A stretch of DNA of 64,000 nt from Bilabrum cf. latius (Eukaryota), in NCBI GenBank assembly GCA_965178125.1, contig OZ237749.1, forward strand, positions 1,116,001-1,180,000. The letters are read 5' to 3'. This document shows positions 60,242-64,000 of this stretch, piece after piece. A program made the position numbers and the translations under genes. The notes below the pieces were generated by a model. It did no database searches and was not told the DNA's origin. It was given only the letters and a program-made list of their open reading frames with translations. Positions within the stretch are counted from its first letter, which is position 1, and each line of letters opens with the position of its first letter.

Positions 60242-63200
60242 ATGTACATTTTCCTTGCGAAGAAAATAGCTATCCCGAAGCAAGCCAGGCTATCTTGTGT
60301 GGCATGGAACTCAGACTAGGGATGGATAGCATGCGGCGGGGAGGGGCCATTATTAAAAGTGCTGCGGCTAGAGGCGCAGAAAGGTGATGTTCCGATGGCT
60401 AGGGGCATCGCTGCGCCTTCCAGCCTCGGTCTATCTCAAACTCTTGAAGGCCACAAGTGTAAGTACAACATTAGTCCACTGCATCCACGTGTGTTATCCC
60501 ATGATGTGTTATGAATTGATATAGCCCGGCTGCTGTGTGCAAACGCGCTGTCCCGGCGGCTACCAACATCCTGGCTCCACTGGCGATCAGGATTGGTACG
60601 TTTGCTATGCCCCATGCCTCGCAGCTGGCACCGTGCAAGTTGCGGCGTGGAATGCTCTATACAAGAAGCTTACCACAAGCGATTCAACTGGCATGATTAT
60701 AGTGTGGGTGCATCACCGGGGCAAGTGGTTCGAGGAAATGATAAACAACCGCAATACTACCGTTGTAGTGGACATGCGATGGAATTCCGAGGGCAAGGAA
60801 ATCTGCATTGCGTATAGAGATGGCCATGTGATTGTTGGTGGTGTCAAGGGGAACAGGCTGTGGGGCAAGAATCTTGGCTACGAGCTTAGTAAGGTCGTGT
60901 GGTCGCCCGACTGCCGCACGCTAGTGTTTGTCACTGCTGATTCGCAAGTCCACACGTACACCCGCGAGGGCATGCGCACTGGAGAGGTTCGCCTGGCTGG
61001 AGTGAAGCCCGGGGCAGGCGCTGGTTCCAGTGACCCTGTCGCCGCCCTTGATTGGTACGACGGCGCGGAGGGCTACGAGGACCCGAGCGCGCCCTCGCTG
61101 GCCATCGCCTTCGAGAGCGGGCGGATGCAGATGATGCGCAGCACGACGGATGAAGAACCCATGCTCGTAGAAACCGGTTTGCGGATTCGATAGGTGACTT
61201 GGAATTGCGCTGGCACGGTCTTGGCTGTGGCTGGGGTCCCGGCAGGGGCAGGGGCAGGCGCACCCGGAGCTGCTGCGGGCGGTGCTGCAGCCAGTGACAA
61301 CACGGGCCCTCCCTCCGTCGTGCAGTTTTATTCGCCCTATGGTCAGCATGTGCGCACGCTGCGAGTCCCCGGAGAGGTCAAGTCTCTGTCGTGGGAGGGT
61401 GGCGGCTTGCGGCTGGCCATGGCGGTGGGGCACCACGTGTACTTCGCCAACGTGCGGCCGGACTACAAGTGGGCCGTCTTTGGAGACACGGTGGTGTACG
61501 CCTATGCGCGCCCGGACAGGGCCGAGCAGTGCCTCGTGTTCTGGGACACGGAGAGCGGGCAGCGGCACGAAAAATTCCTCAAGCACCTGCTGGGCGTGCA
61601 TGCTGCGCCTGACGGAGACCACTGTCTCGTGGTCACTCGTGCTGATGACGGATCGGCGGCAGCTTCCATGAAAGGCGGACTCGTCAGCGGACTGGGCGTG
61701 GCAGGCTCTGCAGCCGCGGGCCAGTTCCTTCTTGTCCTCTTCGACGCGATCGGCAGTCCGGTGGAGACACGCTTCCTGCGCTGGCGGCCACAGCACATAT
61801 CTGTCACCAAGACTCACGTGATCGCCGCCTCGGAGAGTACGGTGTACGTCTGGCAGTACCGGTCTGGACTGGATGCGAGTGGAGCTGGGGCTGGCTCGGC
61901 CTCTGCAGCGGTAGGCCACAGCATGGCGCAGGCCTCTTCGTCCGGAGAAGGTGGCCCTGGGGCAGGGGCGGGGGCGGCCTCGAGCGGAGCTGGCGGCAGC
62001 GCTCTGCGTCTAAGGGGTGTCCGGGAGCGGTACTTCCACATCGACGACGCCATGGGCCTCGACGCAGCCGGCAAGGCCTCGGGGGGGCGGGATGCGTCTG
62101 CAGCAGCCGCAGGGGGTGGAGGCTTGCGGCCGGCAGGGTATGACACGAAGGATCCGGTGAGCTGCGTCACCGCCAGCAGGTAGTGCATGCTAGTGGGTCG
62201 GGCATCAGGCGCGGTGTCAAGGTACACCCTGCCGCACCTGGTGCAGGATGCAGAGTACAGGCTGCGCAAGCCAGCAGCCAGGCTGGCTCTCAACTGCGAC
62301 AGTACAGTGTTCAGTGTGGTGGACGACTCGGGCTTCCTGTCTTTCTTCGACACGAGGAGGCACCGGGTGGACCCGTCCACCGGACAGTCCGTGGAAGGCG
62401 AGCAGCTCCCCGAGGAGCGCAAGGATGCGTGGGCCATGCGGTGGGCCGAGGACTCCCCGGAGCTGTTCGCGTCGATGGAGAAAACCAAGATGATTGTGTA
62501 CAGGGACTGCAAGCCAGGTGACCCGGTGCTGTCCAGCGGCTACCTGGGGCGGTTCAGGGATCTCCGGGTGCAGGTGGCCATGCTGGACGACGTGATGGTG
62601 GAGCCGGACCTGGCCAAGGTGAGTGACTGCGTGCTCTTCCACGAGACCAAGTCGCTCGAGGAGGCGTAGGTGCTCATCGAGTCAGCGTCGCCGCAGAAAG
62701 CCGTGCAGTACATCCAGGAACATTCGCACCCCAGGCTGTGGCGGCTGCTGGCCGAGGGCGCCCTGGAGCGGCTCGATTTCGCGACTGCAGAGCAGGCCTT
62801 TGTGGGCGGGCAAGACTATGCCGGGATCTAGCTCGTGAAGCGGTTGCGGCGGCTAGGTCATAACGCCAAGCAGAAGGCCGAGGTGCACGTGCACTTTGGC
62901 AGGTTTCAGGACGCAGAGGACGCCTACCGCGGGATGGACAGGCTGGATCTCGCGATCGAGATGCGGGCCAGGGTGGGTGACTGGGCTCGAGCACTGCAGC
63001 TCGCATCGGAGGGAGAAGCAGACGGGGTGGATCGGATTGTGGCTGAGTGCAGGCGCCGCATAGGGGACCAGCTGATGGACCAGCAGCAGTGGACCAGGGC
63101 CGCGGAGGAGCTGGCCAAGACGGATGACAAAGCTGCGCTCATCAAGTGCTACCGCGCCATGGACGACTTTGACGCGCTGGCCGGCCTCGTGGAGGAACTC

Positions 63201-64000
63201 CCGGATGAGTCGCCGCTGCTGGTGGAGCTCGGGAGGGCGCTGCAGTCCGCGGGTGTGGCCCAGCCAGCCGTGGAGGCTCTGCTCAAGGCGGGCTAGCCGC
63301 AGGCAGCCGTGGACTGCTGCGTGCTGCTCAACGAATGGGACAAGGCCATCGAGCTGGCGCAGACGCATGACTTCCCGCAGGTGGAGTCTTTGCTCAACAA
63401 GTACGCCGCCCGGCTCCTGGCCAAGGGTCAGGTGATCGCCGCCATCGAGCTGTACCGCAAGGCTGGCAGACATGCAGAGGCTGCCCACTTGCTAGCCCAG
63501 CTCGCGGAGAGTTCCTTGGCTGCTCGCAAGTCCCCGCTCCGTGCGAAGAAGTTGTTCGTGCTGGCCGCACTGGAGGTGGAGAGCTTCCGGCAGCAGGCGG
63601 CGGACAAGGCCGTCGAGGATGCTACTGCTAAGGGCGGGGGCGCGGTCACTGCGGCAACCGCCACTGCCGCCATGACGGCCACCATGATGGACACCATGCT
63701 GCGGACTAATGCCACGCTCTCGGCGTCCACTGTCGGGGGCGAGCGAGCAGCGAAGCGGGCCGCGCGCACGCTGGACAACGCCTGGCACGGAGCCGAGGCT
63801 CTGCACTTCTGGATGCTTGGGCAGCGGTAGCTGTACGCGCGAGAGTTTGATGCGGCGATGGCGACTGCGGCAAGGCTTGCGGCACTGTACGAGGACGTGC
63901 TCCCTGCGAGGGACGTGCACAGCCTGCTGGCCCTCGCTGCCTTCAGAGCCGGTTTCTTCGGTCTTGCCTCCAGAGCATTCATCCGACTTGAAGCCGTGGC
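60242..64000 (+). CDS. WDR35: WDR35/IFT121 intraflagellar transport complex A subunit (3' partial)
   Basis: [62 protein letters not shown]. Intron 60459-60624. TAGs at 60317, 61191, 62181, 62667, 62829, 63294 and 63828. Runs off the window end. Confidence 0.95.

Noticed and set aside
60317-63830. A-to-I editing of UAG to UGG (Trp), or pyrrolysine insertion
   Set aside because: Aligned positions are Gln or polar rather than Trp, TAG occurs in poly-Q runs, and no pyl genes are present. U-to-C editing cannot be formally excluded without RNA data but would need about 100 sites in 64 kb.
253-64000. Mass pseudogenisation, sequencing error or RIP-like CpA-to-TpA mutation as the source of in-frame stops
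   Set aside because: Only TAG occurs in frame, with no frameshifts. CAA codons are common, yet no in-frame TAA was seen, which CpA mutation would also produce. Essential genes are affected and catalytic motifs are intact.
253-64000. Ciliate-type code (UAA and UAG both Gln, table 6)
   Set aside because: TAA ends seven genes at plausible C-termini (for example USP14 40963, PRP40 30489, GET4 28702) and was never found inside a coding frame.
1-64000. tRNA-Gln(CUA), eRF1, rRNA, transposon or endogenous virus/virophage genes
   Set aside because: I saw no cloverleaf or hallmark protein by eye. The decoding machinery is presumably elsewhere in the genome; tRNAscan-SE would be needed to be sure.

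Overview
Gene-dense, GC-rich nuclear DNA from a flagellated microbial eukaryote. It has short GT-AG introns, head-to-head gene pairs and Gly-Ala/poly-Ser low-complexity inserts; a stramenopile such as a bicosoecid is my guess, not demonstrated. I modelled 29 protein-coding genes by hand, including ZUP1-like, SPAG16/PF20, PNUTS-like, DNase II, UTP15, a PWWP protein, ORC3, a lipoyl-KGD4 fusion, RPL3, CAP, clathrin light chain, GET4, PRP40, riboflavin synthase, CBF5, USP14, TTLL3-like, PP4R1, MPP-beta, SF3B6, ATG9, NDUFA4 and WDR35/IFT121. The main result is a non-standard nuclear genetic code. About 100 in-frame TAG codons (hand count) interrupt 24 of the 29 genes, with no frameshifts. They fall at positions where homologues have Gln and inside CAG poly-Q runs. 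All 28 complete models end in TGA (21) or TAA (7), and neither codon was found in frame. This indicates UAG=Gln with UAA and UGA kept as stops, a rare decoupling of UAG from UAA, and explains why the supplied standard-code ORF track fragments most genes. Homologue sequences quoted are recalled from memory and need confirming by alignment. Exon boundaries are manual predictions.
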